Source: Octopus sinensis (Eukaryota). From it: a stretch of DNA of 64,000 nucleotides. Of this stretch, positions 27,966 to 42,503 are shown piece by piece. The notes under the pieces were generated by a model. That model was not told where the DNA came from. It saw nothing but the letters and a program-made list of their open reading frames with translations, and searched no databases. A program made the position numbers and the translations under genes. Position 1 is the stretch's first letter. Every line of letters starts with the position of its first letter. The stretch lies in assembly GCF_006345805.1 (NCBI RefSeq), contig NW_021833676.1:1-64000 (forward strand), in the 5' to 3' direction.

Positions 27966-29194
27966 CTCTCTATATATATTATATATTATATATATTATAT
28001 ATATATATATAATCAGCAACCAATTGCGATATATTGTTTTTTATAGTTATACATACGTATGAATTAAATTATGCACATATGCCTATACAGAATATAAAAA
28101 GAAAAATATAAGACAAGAGGAATTATATTTATATTCCATCGTACAAAGAATTAACAAAAATAATCAGAACACGATTCCTTGAAGCAGAATAATAAAATGT
28201 TCCTTTTGAAAATCAACAACATATTTTTTTGAAATATTCTTACAATGGATTTCAAACGTTTATCATTTAAAGCGACAATCCGAAATACTTTAATGATGCA
28301 AAAATAGAGTTGGGAATTGATGCTGCCAAACTCAAGTTCCATTTTTGAAAAAAAAAAAAATTCTGAATAGACTTGCGTATCTTATATCATCATTGAAATA
28401 ATGGTATACTGCAAGAACCATTCTTTGTTATCATGCTAATCTTCAAAAGATTTCTTTACATATTTTGTTTTTTTATGAAATATATCTGCTTCCAATGAAA
28501 CCTCTATTTTTGGAATAAATCATTTCAAGTCTATTTAATTGTGCCTAAAGACGCAGACATTGTTTTCAACTTACTGGTTGCAACATTAATTTACTTGCAT
28601 ATCATATCTTAATGTTTTAGTTATGCATGATAAAAATCATTTTCGTCCCTAAATATCCTCACGTTCTTTGTATTTCAAAAATTTATTATTTCAAGCAACC
28701 CTCCCTGTGTTGTTAATGTTCTTATTCCTAAAAACCGTTTACATTTTTTTCCTTCATGTCAGCTTAAAACATACAGGTTACTTTACAAATTGCCTGAATA
28801 TTTCAGTTATTTTAAATTCTATAGATATTCACACGTGCCGTGTTGCAGTCCTCATGGGTGATGCGGGAGTTACAGCATTATTTCTCTCCAGATTCTTTTG
28901 TAATCACATATTTCTTTTAAGGCTTCTATGCAATTATTTCTTTCTCTAGAATATTCTTTATCTCCATTACTACTTACGTAACGCACAGTGAAATTGTGCT
29001 TTGCTGGTGAGGTCAGAATAACATCTAAATATTTTTGCAACTATTCCCCCATACTTGCCGAAAAAGGATTGCTTCTCAATGATTCACATTATTTTTGTTA
29101 CATAGAAATAAGTTACGTTCTTTTGCAAGTGTCTCATTTTGCCCCTTGTACATCGTAAATAACACAACATCATAAGCGGAAAGTGTAACCTCTC

Positions 29195-29506
29195 GAAAGA
29201 GCTGTTCTTCACTCCTGCTCCAGAGCGTAGGCTGAAGGGGTCACTCCGAAAAGCTCTATCTGCGACGATTTCATCTCAAACGAAGGAGAGGGGCTTTCTC
29301 CGTCAGGGTTGCGGATCCGTGGAATAAGCTGCCGGACGAGGTAGTGAAGATGCCGACGACCGCTCGGTTCAAAGCCTCTCTTGGCCAGAAATGGCCTGAA
29401 CTCTTTGCATGAACACCACCCTGTACATAACTCCATGTCCCCCTACATGGCCTTGCTTTTTGCTTTTTGAGCCAAAAAATTAACTTAACTTAGCTTAACT
29501 TAACTT
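29195..29506 (+). mobile_element. CR1 LINE 3' end with (TAACT)n tail
   Basis: GHSEKLYLRRFHLKRRRGAFSVRVADPWNKLPDEVVKMPTTARFKASLGQKWPELFA* is the classic CR1 ORF2 C-terminal pattern. Confidence 0.85.
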
Positions 29507-30397
29507 TTATGATCTGTTTTATGCGTTAAAAAATGTCTGACAAATTCACGAGGCGAAAGTATCAAACGCGAATTACATTATGGGTAAGTACCACAAAATT
29601 GAGAAACTTGTAGATTTAAATGCAAGCAGTTCTATCGATTTTACTATATATACGCCCAACATGAAGAAATATTTGTAAGTAAGAGTCAAGTCTTACAATA
29701 TTTGAGAATTCTCGACAGAATATTTTTTCTGAAATTTGTGGAAATAAAAGAAAATATGGATATTTGTGGAACTGGAGACCAAATTTGGTCAAAGTTTTGA
29801 ACATGAAATATCTCTGTCATAGGAATCTTGCTTGAGCGACTTTTTGAAATGACATATATACACACACATATATATCATACGTATGCATGCTATTTTAAAC
29901 TTGTATTTATAGACTCCGCATATTAAGAATGAAAGACAAAATAAGTTTACATAATGACTAACATTAACTTATATGTTTCGTCTACGAGTAACATGGCATA
30001 TAGATTTGCATTTTGCACAGCAGAATGGTACAATACCATCACAGATATTGTATAAAGTTTATCTTTACTGAAGTACCTACCTACCTACCAACCTACCTAC
30101 CAACCTACCTACCAGCCTACCTACCTACCTACCTACCTACCTACCTACCTACCTATCCACCTAGAGAAGGTGTATAGTGTTATTGTATAGTAATTTGGTG
30201 TTGCAGTTTCGAATTTTGACGTAGTCTGTTATTTAAACTTTTTGACAGATATTTGTTGTTTCTCGATGTTTTCCGTGAATAAATTGGGAATAAATTGCTT
30301 ATTATAGGATATTTGGATGTGTTTTGTACTTTTCAGTCAGCGTACTTAACTTATTCAATGGGAATTTGACACAGTTTCTCAGAGTTACACACACACA

Positions 30398-30445
<48 letters not shown>

Positions 30446-30453
30446 CACACACA

Positions 30454-30492
<39 letters not shown>

Positions 30493-31789
30493 ACACATCA
30501 CTGGCGGTGCTCCACCATGACCACAACGTTTGGGCGGAAGCATATAAAAAAATAAAAGAAAATATATATGCATAGTATTTGAATGAGTTCTTAGACTTCT
30601 CCTTGTTACGTGTATTTGGATCAGAAACTTGTCTGTAGCTCTTCGACATTTTCTTATTAAGATTTAATAATTAGTTCCAACGGTTTTCGAACCAATAGCG
30701 TATATGAATAGCAAAGGATATGATACATAACACAGCGTATATATCTAAACTCATGCGAAGACAAATAAAATGGCGTATATGGTATCTAAAAACATATGGA
30801 AAGGTAATAAAAACACATAAATCCAAAGAAAGGAAACAAAACAATATACCCGGGGACTTCCATCATTTCGAGTTTTATCAAAGGGTTAAACTCACCTGAC
30901 TGAAATTCTCTATATTTTGTAATAGATGACAGATATTTCTATCACAACCTACGATCAATGATGTCTTTTTTTTATTTATTAAGAACAAGGCCAAATGTTT
31001 CTACGCGAAAAAGGCTACATAAATTCAGCGGTTTGTTATCCGTGGAACTCAATTTTATGGTAATTCCTGACTAAACCTTTTTTCCGGTTGTCATAGCAGG
31101 ATACTTGAATGAAATATATTTCATAGAATTTTAGTATGTCTGTACTGATAGATGGCATTCCTAGAGTGGTGCTATTATCCAGTGAAGTTAAAGCATAAAT
31201 GATAAAGAATTAATGTCACACATATGAACTGAAATATTACATTTGGTTACAGAATGTTTTTTTTTTAATATCAGATATCTATTTATCCTGCGCAAACTAT
31301 TTTTCAGGTGTTTCCATTTCTTTTACTTTCGCTTTAGACATGACATGTTACAATTTTCAAGAATTATGTTAACCGTAAATACACGTATAATAACCAATCT
31401 GTGATTCTCCAAATTGTATCAGAAACTATTAGTGACATCATGGAACCAGAGAATAGAGTTCACGAGGTTATAAATGTATTCTTCGATACGCATTGTAGGC
31501 AGTCGTGCATTGATAGTTCTAATGCGATAAAGCAAGTAATCTTCTTGTACATTACTGCAGAGATAAAAAAAAAATTCTCTTAGTAATCACGTTTGTTTCT
31601 GGTTCGAATTTAATGCACGTTATGTTAGCGAAGTGTTTTTGTCCTACCCCGAGCTTATTAATACTTTACGAATGAAAATCGGTAGAGGGAAACTGCCGTA
31701 TACATACGTTCATACACACATACAAAAGACACACAAAAATATGCAGAAAGTGCGCACGTGTATATAGCTGTGTACCGTGAATATATAAT

Positions 31790-31894
<105 letters not shown>

Positions 31895-31924
31895 TATATA
31901 TACATACATACATATATATATATA

Positions 31925-32067
31925 TAACTTAGCGGTTCGGCAAAAGAGACCGATAGAATAATTACTGGGCTTACAAAGAATAAGTCCTGGGGTCGATTTG
32001 CCCGACTAAATGCGGTGCTCCAGCATGGCCACGGTCAAATGACTGAAACAAGTAAAAGAGTAAAAGA
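31925..32067 (+). mobile_element. SINE family A 3' part
   Basis: taacttagcggttcggcaaaagagacc...ccagcatggccacggtcaaatgactgaaacaagtaaaagag. Confidence 0.88.
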
Positions 32068-32092
32068 TATATATATATATATGTATATATAT

Positions 32093-32126
<34 letters not shown>

Positions 32127-32144
32127 TATATGTATATATATGTA

Positions 32145-32207
32145 GTTGCAACCAATATATTTTGTGTTTATTTCTACCGTGACACCTGGCATAAATGCCT
32201 TCACTAA
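32145..32207. repeat. 63-bp element end, identical in inverted orientation to 44464-44526
   Basis: Exact reverse-complement match; both copies lie next to (TA)n. Confidence 0.9.
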
Positions 32208-32947
32208 AGACACTAAAAGATTAATCATGTGCAAAGTATTGGTTGCCATGAAAAAGGACGATTTGCTTCGGCACATTACTTGCCGAGCTCAACTTTGATA
32301 TCATAATTTTCTGGTCGAGGTTGTACATGGTGGGGGTAATCGACTTATCCCACCCTTAACGATTACTCTCTTTGTGATAAAATTTACAAAGGATTATTTC
32401 TATCACAACCAGTCTTCTCCGAGACGAAGTGAACTGAAAAAGAGTATAGTATGTGGAGCCTTGTCGCATACCGAAATTTTGTAAGTTTATAAAAGACTGA
32501 TAAAAAAGAAATGGAGCCAATAGAAAGGGAAGAAAGAAATACAAAATGAGAGAATGATGAGGAAACCTTACTCAGAGATAAACTAACTCGTAAAGGATTG
32601 AGCCTGTGAGGTGCAATGTGAAGATGAGCAAATGTAAAGACCTGGAAATAGAAATAACTTGAAGGAAGAAATGAGAGACTAATTCAAAATTATACAAATC
32701 GTTGGGTTTTCCCTCTTAGATGCAAAAGAAGCACATTGAAATTTCCTCTCAGCTCTGAATGGGGATAAAGGGAGAAGGCGAACTGTTAATGTGAATATAA
32801 CGATATATATATATATATACGCACCTGATCTTGATCTCTGCAACATTTTTTTCTGTACCCGAATGAAGAAAGCTTTAAAGGAAAGCATTTTTTGGTTGTG
32901 GAAGAGGTGAAGAAAACAACGACCTAGGCGTTAAAATGCATCACTTA

Positions 32948-33109
32948 ACAAGAATTCCAGAAATACTTCGAACATTGGGAACCGCGTCTGGATCGATGCA
33001 TTGCTTGAAATGGAAAATACTGTGAAGGTGGTAAAAGCGTAAACCCGTAAAACCTAAGTGCATGAAATAGTATTGTAAAATTCCGGTTTCTTTGGAATAC
33101 TTCATCGTT
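32948..33109 (+). mobile_element. Mariner 3' fragment
   Basis: QEFQKYFEHWEPRLDRCIA*NGKYCEG resembles the mariner transposase C-terminus (WxxRWxKCIxxxGxYFE), followed by a TIR-like aaattccggtttctttgg. Confidence 0.7.
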
Positions 33110-33507
33110 TATATTACTTTCTACTTTGGGTATTCTTTGACTTCCTCTAGGATTACATGCTTCGTATAAACACAACCAAGACAGAGATAATGACACAGCG
33201 ATGTGTATGTGTGTGTGCTCTGTGTGTGATTGTGAATTACACACACACACAGACACACACACGCGCACTTGACAAAATACTGAGTACTGCTTCTACGTTA
33301 GGCAAAAGATTAAAGAATTAAATAGGACAACACTAGCTTATAACCAGAACACAAGTATTTAAAGAGTACTTACTTTTACCGGACAATAAAAACATGACGC
33401 GTAAATGTGAATTCAGCTGGGTTTGACCGCAACATGTAGATGCATGTTGTCCGAAAGTCTAACGTCTGTACCACTCCACTCTTTCACAGATACTCTTTTT
33501 GATATTA

Positions 33508-33890
33508 GGAGGCGCAATGGCCCAGTGGTTAGGGCAGCGGACTCGCGGTCATAGTATCGCGGTTTCGATTCCCAGACCGGGCGTTGTGAGTGTTTATTGA
33601 GCGAAAGCACCTAAAGCTCCACGAGGCTCCGGCAGGGGATGGTGGTGATCCCTGCTGTACTCTTTCACCATAACTTTCTCTCACTCTTACTTCCTGTTTC
33701 TGTTGTACCTGTATTTCAAGGGGCCGGCCTTGTCACTCTCTGTGTCACGCTGAATATCCCCGAGAACTACGTTAAGGGTACACGTGTCTGTGGAGTGCTC
33801 AGCCACTTACACGTTAATTTCACGAGCATACTGTTCCGTTGATTCGGATCAACCGGAACCCTCATCGTCGTAACCGACGGAGTGCTTCCA
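33508..33890 (+). mobile_element. Full-length tRNA-derived SINE family B with TSD
   Basis: A box tggcccagtgg and B box ggtttcgattccc. TSD ttttgatattag at 33497-33508 and 33891-33902. Highly similar to 35997-36387. Confidence 0.92.
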
Positions 33891-34149
33891 TTTTGATATT
33901 AGCTGGACTCTGTGACTATCTTCCCCTTTCCTCGGTGCATACTATATTTTCTTTTTATGTTATTGTCAGTATATCATATACGTTGGTAAATGAGTGTGAC
34001 GTACTGCCTACGGTGTTGGGTTGACGACATTACGTCCTTTCAATATAACACTATTTCTAATCACTTGTATATTAATGAAATGTTTATAATAGGCTGATAC
34101 TTACGGCATTGTTAAATGGCCACAATAACAAGGTACTACATCGGTGCAA

Positions 34150-34426
34150 GCCAGTGCATAATTCGTCTTCGAATTAGCTTTCTCCTTTCAGGTTCTGAGA
34201 AGCCTAATTTCTCAAGATTGGTATTTATTCAGTGCGTTACATATCACAGGACCACAATAATTACAGGTATAAACCTGATCTTGTACACTGGATAGAGTAA
34301 CTGCAGATGCCTCAATAGTTCAGTATAGGTGTTCACTTTTTCACTGATCTTCAACTTGATGTCAACATCCATGGTCCACAGTCTCTCTTCTCTTTTCCAA
34401 ATCATTAAATCAGGTTCGTTGTGCTT
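34150..34426 (-). mobile_element. Non-LTR retrotransposon fragment, restriction-like endonuclease (R4/Dong-type) C-terminus
   Basis: The minus strand reads KHNEPDLMIWKREERLWT-(deletion)-DVDIKLKISEKVNTYTELLRHLQLLYPVYKIRFIPVII...LEKLGFSEPERRKLIRR. Confidence 0.75.
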
Positions 34427-35639
34427 ACTTTTTATTGAGGTTTTCGCTGGAACATTTCACCAGTATTCCTTTTCGTGTATATATGTATGCGGGTATGTAT
34501 GTGTATGTGTGTATGTATGACTGTATGTACGTATGCATGAATATATGTATGTATGCATGCTTTTATGTATGTATGTTTTTTTTCTTATGTCCTTCGTACG
34601 AGAGTTCAAACTCATCGCTAACAAAGTTACAAAAACTTGGTGTTGGGTGGGGTGTTGATGCGCGTAGATGAGTGTGTGTGTCTATCCATATAAAGAACCC
34701 GGGGTGGCAGATTCTCTTTGGAATGCCTTAGCAATCCAACTAGTGACCATCCGATATGAAACAATGAAATCCAACACGTCACCTCCAGGTCATTGCCTTG
34801 GAAGACGCCTTAACCATATAAAGGCGTCTGCGCCACAGAAATAAATCGAAATAAAATACGCAGAGTCATTTAAATACAAAGACACCAGGAGTTTAGTAAT
34901 CAAATAAAAATGTCTAAACGTGTATATGTTAACTTAAATAGTATCAATATAAACTAGTTGCAAGTTGATCTAAGGCTGGTTACTCTCGTTCATTATATCC
35001 AATAGACTTTAGTGAACCGCAGACGGATCGTCTCTGCAATAAACTGGTACCGTGTAATCTCCTCCGAAATCTCAATTCAATTTCTACTACTGAGCTTTTT
35101 CAATTAATGTGACGAATCGTACTATAATAAAACCTAATTCTTTCACCAATATTCTCAGTTGAATGTAATTCGTTTCTGAATCCGAAATCGACGAATTTAC
35201 AGACAATGATGGTATTGTATGTTACGTGTATTAGTTAAATAATTTACTAGAAAGTATGCGAAAAGTTTCAATTACAAAATTGAAAGTAGATACTAAACGT
35301 AATTATATATATATATAATATATTATATCTATATAATATATATCATATATATGTGTGTTGTGTGTGTGTGTGTGTGTGGTGTGCGTGCTGTGTGTGTGTG
35401 TGTGGCATATACATATATATTTATATATATATAAATATAGATGTATATACATACATACATATATATATGTAAATATATATACTAATATATATATAAATGT
35501 ATACACGTTTATTTCTACATAGATATGTACATGTAGTTATATACATATACTTACATATATACACACGTATACACACACGAATCCACAACACACAGGCTCA
35601 GAGACATACGCATATATTATTTATATATTATATATTATA

Positions 35640-35682
<43 letters not shown>

Positions 35683-35996
35683 GGGAAGAAATGGAGCCGA
35701 CGAAGATTCTACAAAATTCCTTTTTATATATATATATATATATATATTAATCTAATATATATATATCTATATATATTATATATATATTATATATAATATA
35801 TATAATATATATATTATATTATATATATGTATATATATATACATAGCGTCTGTTTCTCGGCCGAATAGGATCTTAAGACTACTGACGGCGCTGATCTCAG
35901 TTGAAAAATCACAGGAGGACACACAATATGAACATGACTGACCCGGCTTAGGGAGCCATCGGCAGGACAGCTGTTGTTGGTAGGATTAATATGTGA

Positions 35997-36387
35997 GCGT
36001 GGAGGCGCAATGGCCCAGTGGTTAGGGCAGCGGACTCGCGGTCATAGGATCGCGGTTTCGATTCCCAGACCGGGCGTTGTGAGTGTTTATTGAGCGAAAA
36101 ACACCTAAAGCTCCACGAGTCTCCAGCAGGGGATGGTGGTGATCCCTGCTGTACTCTTTCGCCACAACTTTCTCTCACTCTTACTTCCTGTTTCTGTTGT
36201 ACCTGTATTTCAAAGAGCCGGCCTTGTCACTTTCTGTGTCACGCTGAATATCCCCGAGAACTACGTTAAGGGTACACGTACCTGTGGAGTGCTCAGCCAC
36301 TTACACGTTAATTTCACGAGCAGGCTGTTCCGTTGTTCCGGATCAACCGGAACCCTCGTCGTCGGAACCGACGGAGTGCTTCCTCCC
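35997..36387 (+). mobile_element. Full-length SINE family B with TSD
   Basis: Colinear with 33508-33890; TSD ttaatatgtga at 35986-35996 and 36388-36398. Confidence 0.92.
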
Positions 36388-38192
36388 TTAATATGTGAAC
36401 AGAGGGAGGAGTACAAATGTAGATGAAGTGGCAATGAATGCGTTACACGTAACTAAAATGAGTCAGTGATTATCAATCGCATTTTACTGCTGCTTCCTTT
36501 CACCTGCCCTACCAAAAATGCTCCTCTTACCGTAATTTTAGGCCATTGTCAGGGAGTTTGCTTTCTAGCATAACTGAATCCACGGTATTGCCATTCCTTC
36601 ATAAAAGGTATTCTTTGGACATTTTATTTATTTCTTTTTCGTTTAAAGGAAAACTTAACAATAACAGGATCAAGAGAGGATTGAACGAGGTCTGTTGCTG
36701 CATGTAACTTCTAGTTTTGTTCCACAATCAGGTGGCACGAGTGCTTTATCTATGTCTGGTGACAACTTGGGAGTTCAGTTCCTACAACTGTATCTGGATA
36801 GTTACCCAGACACCGCTGCCCATCCTGAAGGTGCTAAAAATGGTGGGGGTAAAATGCTCAAACAACGTCTTAGTACTTAGCTGAAACATCACCCTCGGCC
36901 TGTTTCTCTACGGCCCAAATTTAGGGAACTCATTTTGAATAGACCAGCATGATTTTGGAATATGGAAGTTAACATTTCTTGTTCTTAGCGACACAGAACC
37001 ACCAAAATAATGAACAACATTGTCTCTCAATGAAATCTCCCATTTCAACATTGAATATCGTAGCCCTCTGTCAAGCAGGAGATTCATGGGTAGGCAAACT
37101 TGAAGATGCAGACCCTGGCTATAATTCCTTTCGGAAGGGGAAAGGAGATAAAATAAACCAAGGAGGAATCACAAACTGCCATGAGTGAATGACTTCCATC
37201 GTATTTTTAAATGCGATGGTAATTTCATGTTTCATCTGTGGGGCCGTATTTTGGATAGGAGATGCCAAATGTGAGAGAAAGTATTGAAAAATACATGACA
37301 TTTGAAATAAAATGATATAGAAATACACTTCGGAATATGTATAAGGAATATAAAGTTAGCAAAAGTGTTAGGAAAGACATTTTTGAGAAAATTCTAAACC
37401 ATGAAAAAAAATCAATGAATTTTTATATTGAAGAACAGATTATGAGATTTGCTCGATTCGCACAACACATTTATGTAAGATCAGAAGTGAATATGACATT
37501 TTTAGTAGAAATTCTTCTGGTAATGGTGGCTTAGAAAGCACACACACGCACACACACAGTAAGTGAATTTATGTATTGAACAAAGAGAACGGAAGGTGAA
37601 AAGTGGGGATTGTTTGAAGTCCAGGAAAGATGGAACAAGGTAAGAGGCTGACACTCTCGTACCTATTACTTCTATCAATTATGGGGCTTGTTTATGATTG
37701 TAACCCCGATTGATTATGTTCGTTATTGTATGTAGCTAGATGTACAAGAAGTGATACTGTATAACATAGACTGAGACATCACTGTCGTCGTTGGAATTCA
37801 GATCTGTCAGCGTCATCGCCTATTCTGAGAATATAAGATGTCAAAATTTGACACAACAGTATAATGATTGTTAATTAGTATCTTACCGTTAATATTGTTT
37901 CTTGTCAATCTGACATGTAATTTTCGAACCACAAATCACCTGATAAACATGATAACTAGACGCATGGCTTCTTCATACAAAACGGTAATGACTTGTTAAT
38001 ACTGCAAGAACAGCTACTAAATCAAAAATCTAACTCAAGATGGCAGAGAGAAGCATCTCCAGAAATCCTGTCCGTCACTATACATAAGTACGTCTAACCT
38101 TTAGATGCCTAACCGACCAGTCGATTAAAAAAAATCTTATTAACTACCGTAAGATTGCGACCACGTGTTTGGCATGACTATGTGCTTAAAAT

Positions 38193-38412
38193 GGCGGTGG
38201 GCTGGCAGAAACGTTACACGGCGGGCGAAATGCGTAGCCGTATTTCGTCTGTCGTTACGTTCCGAGTTCAAATTCCGCCGGGGTCGACTTTGCCTTTCAT
38301 CCTTTCGGGGTTCATAAATTAATTACCAATTACGCATGTAATCGACTTAATCCATTTGTCAGTCCTTGTTTGTCCTCTCTGTGTTTAGCCCCTTGTGGGT
38401 AGTAAAGAAATA
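38193..38412 (+). mobile_element. Full-length SINE family C with TSD
   Basis: tRNA-like head ggcggtgggctggcagaaacgtta...gagttcaaattcc; TSD tatgtgcttaaaat at 38179-38192 and 38413-38426. Confidence 0.88.
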
Positions 38413-39959
38413 TATGTGCTTAAAATATTTGCAAAGTAAGGTATATTTATGGGTTCCCTTCACTATGGTTCATATTTTGGCTGCTATTTCTAAAATAGCC
38501 TTGTGTTGTCCAAGGAAATAGCGTAGGAAACGACCATATATAGAAATACACATAAACACACACACATACATTTGCATGCACGCGCAAACACTTACATATT
38601 TGCATACATACAGATAAATTTGTACACACATACACACATATATATATATGCATACACGCACACATTTGCATGCACACATTCAAATATTTACACTCACACA
38701 CGCACATACATTTGCATTCACGCACACATATTTGCACACACCACACACACACACACACATATGTTTGCACACACACAAACATATTTGCATACACGCACAC
38801 ATATATTTGTAGATACACACGCACACATATTTGCACACACACACATGCACACGCCTATTTGCATACACACACACATATATCTGCACACGCACACACACAC
38901 ACCACACACACGCATATGTATATATGTGTGTCTAAACGGCTGCGATTTTGGCAATAGAAAAACATATATGAATAATATGGTAAAAAATTTATAACAGAAA
39001 TAGTCAGATCTTAATTGATCCGATAAAGATAACATCTTAGCAGATTTCTTCAATAATCAGTTCCGATTGAGTGCAACTGTCGGGCATCACATATCTAAAC
39101 CATATCGAGGACTGACCAAGAATCTTAGAAACTGGAAGATAAAAAATAAACTATAATCCCGAAAGATTAATAGGCGCTGGTGAGTTCCAAAGACGAACAA
39201 GATAATTACTTGAAAACAATAATGTCTTTTATCAGTTTCAAGGAAAACATCGATCATAAAACGAAGAATGAAAGCAGATAAAGGGGAAACTATGAAAATA
39301 AATATGGAGGACTTTGAAAGAAATTGATCAGGTGTTTCGTATCCAATGTGACGAATTGATTATTATGACATGGTCTTTTGGCGTGTATGATGTATAGGCG
39401 TTGAGAATATCTTAACGACGAACAAACAAATAAAATGGAAGGAGCATTGGTGTCAAGATGCATTATTCATTTTGTGCAGAAAATGTGAATTACTAAGATA
39501 GGTATGATAGAAAAGCACAAAATTCCAACACAAACGTAGAATAGAGTGTAGGATCGCTTTTAAGAATAAAACTTTGTTCCTTTCTCCGTTGAAATATAAA
39601 TGAGAATATATGGAGTATAGAATATAGAATTCGTTGCATTTCATGAGATGCATATAAACGTGAATTCTCAAGCTTAGCGGTTGCCTTAATGAATATGTGC
39701 ACAGCAGGAGACAAACACAAGCGTACGCGTACACACTGCACACATACGTGCATATATACACAATTACACAAATTCGATCATATACACGTACACAACAACT
39801 ACACACACATACGAAATTTCACACATCATTTAGTTCTGTAGAAACGTTTATACATATCACAAGCTAGCCCAATGTAATTTTATGTGCGTGTCCATTTTGC
39901 GCATGTACACATACACACATATAAATCCATGCAAATATATCTATATCTATCTATCTATC

Positions 39960-40034
<75 letters not shown>

Positions 40035-40180
40035 AGAGTAGGGAAAAAAGGTGAAACAACGTACATAAAATAGTACTCAAACACTGGAGGCAGAGAAATG
40101 TGTTTTATTGATAACACTGCAAAGACATCTGGGTGAAAGTTCTTGTGATTTATGGCTGTTTTATTAATAAAGTATATATA

Positions 40181-40214
<34 letters not shown>

Positions 40215-40252
40215 ATATATATATATATTATTATATATATATATATATTATA

Positions 40253-40325
<73 letters not shown>

Positions 40326-40330
40326 TAATA

Positions 40331-40573
40331 TACCGGAGTAAGAACTTAAATGTGAAACAAGGTGGAAAAAAAGAGTACTGAATACCAGAGGTAGAGTAAT
40401 ATGCTTTATTTAAAAACAGCAGAAATATAACAAAAGCTGTTACTCGGAGTTGCACGTTCCCGTTCGTCGGACAGTCTGTTCTTTTTTTAACAAAGCTGAC
40501 CGACGAACGGGGACGTGAAACTCCGAGTAACAGTTTTTGTTATATTTCTGCTGCTTTTAAATAAAGTATATTA
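40331..40573 (+). mobile_element. Short palindromic Penelope-like element in (TA)n
   Basis: A 66-nt unique end precedes 78-bp inverted arms (40397-40474 / 40496-40573). Same family as 48463-48670 in the opposite orientation. Confidence 0.75.
40496..40533 (+). ncRNA. Type I hammerhead ribozyme-like motif (U4C variant)
   Basis: ctga-CCGACGA-acg(ggga)cgt-GAAAC-tccga-GTA-acag. Confidence 0.55.
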
Positions 40574-41411
40574 TATATATATACATATACTTAGATACAT
40601 ATACACACATATATGTACATCTACATTATCGATGTCACATGATTTATGTGTTGCTAACCGTGTTTTGAATGTGGTATTTCGTTGAGGGAAACCAGGGTAA
40701 ATCCCTTTAAAGCAGTAATGTGATGCGAAACACTGCATGTTTTATAAACACATAACGTCTCCCAAATGGACTTTAACTGAACGAAATACTGCAGCCAAAA
40801 GCGTTTAACATCACAAATGCATTACGTAACGTGAATAATGTTTATATTATACAGCTGTTTCTAATTTAAAATGTCAATATATACATGTATACATCCAAGG
40901 AAGACCTGGGTGTAAAACGCTATACCCGGAAAAAGATCATTCTCGTGTATGTTTCATGAAGACTTGAAGATAGTAAGACAGTAAAACTGATATAAAGTGA
41001 AGTCTGCTTTGGACTCGTGACCTCTACGTCACATCACACTTCGAAAGCTGTGCATTTGAAATCCAAGAACTGAACATTGTTACTAAATGCCAAATAAAGT
41101 AGACAGTGAACACTTAGAGATCCAAGATGCCACTGAATATGTAAATTATGTCGTGTTTCTGTGAAAGATATCATACACGTGATACAGCTACCCCAAAATC
41201 TACGTCCCTATGCGTCTCTACGCTGCCGCATAAACAATACACAATGCCATTCGGAAAACACGCACACACACGCACACATACAAAGATAAATTGATAGATA
41301 CAACTGAGTGGGCAAACCAAAATATGAGACACAGCCTAGTGCTTTTTTATGTTGATAAGCGTAGTACTTATTCTATTAGTTAAGGAATACGTATAGAAAC
41401 ATGAACTCAAA

Positions 41412-41534
41412 GAATACTGGTGAAAGGTTCTTATTAAAATATCTGTCCTGTGTAATCATAACAAACCTGATGTTGTTTGGGACAGGCGGGAAAATGTAGG
41501 TACCGTCATAGAGGTCAGCTGCCCTGCTAAGGTG
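41412..41534 (+). mobile_element. Restriction-like-endonuclease non-LTR fragment
   Basis: EYW*KVLIKISVLCNHNKPDVVWDRRENVGTVIEVSCPA contains the PD...E motif and overlaps the 34150-34426 protein region. Confidence 0.7.
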
Positions 41535-42216
41535 AAAAAAAAAAACAGCAATCAGGGAACACGCTCAAAACAAGAAAAGGGAAGTTCCAAAGAGACGGAA
41601 AAAATGTATTTTACTGGAAAGTACAGTGCGCATTTTGTGAAGCAAATGGGTACCAAATAGGCAGATAAATACAGAAACAAACGGATATTGGTAAAACCCA
41701 GTCTGTTATAGGTAGAGTTAAAGAGCAAGAGTTACACACACACACACACCAAAAAAGGAGAAAATTTTCGCTTACACTAACAAGTCAGAAGAGAAAAACG
41801 AGATGGAAAATCGATTGAAATTCTGCCTTATGAGGTGTAATATCGCTACCAATATAACATGGCTTTCATACACTTTTAGACAATTGTTATCATTTAGCCC
41901 ATAACAGTAACTGACAAAAAACTTAACTAATATATCTGAGAACAAAACACCAGACAGTGATCAACAACAATGGCTGAATAAAAAAAAAGAAAAAAGAAAA
42001 TTCCAACGTTGTTTATAAATTATATATTCGCGTAATCATAATTTAAATCACACATAACGGAAACGAATTACTACAAAAATACAAACACACAAAAACGTAT
42101 AGGTATGTTTATACAAACACAAACATACACGCAAACAAACACCCACCCAAACACAGAAATATATATATATATATATGTGTGTGTTATATATATCTAATAT
42201 ATATAACTTATACTTA

Positions 42217-42258
<42 letters not shown>

Positions 42259-42377
42259 TATATATATATATATGTAAGTATAAGTATATAGGTGTGAGTA
42301 TGAAGCTACAAGAGTATAGATATGCACGTACATACAACACAAACACATATATAGACACACATGATCATGATAAAAAA

Positions 42378-42393
42378 TAAAATAATAATAATA

Positions 42394-42465
<72 letters not shown>

Positions 42466-42467
42466 TG

Positions 42468-42503
<36 letters not shown>

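Noticed and set aside
28843-28940. Acceptor followed by RVAVLMGDAGV (P-loop-like) or IFTRAVLQSSWVMREL (TIR-like)
   Set aside because: The GKS/T of a P-loop is missing, the TIR likeness is too short, and there is no clear donor.
33508-33585. tRNA gene-like sequence (also 36001, 38193, 11260-11335)
   Set aside because: A and B boxes are present, but each runs into a SINE body with a tail, with TSDs at 33508, 36001 and 38193, and I could not fold a full cloverleaf.
34803-34828. 9-bp hairpin agacgcctt/aaggcgtct
   Set aside because: Short enough to occur by chance, with no supporting context.
36979-37188. PGYNSFRK...GGI resembling a LINE AP endonuclease
   Set aside because: Only one short motif matches, and catalytic residues are not identifiable.
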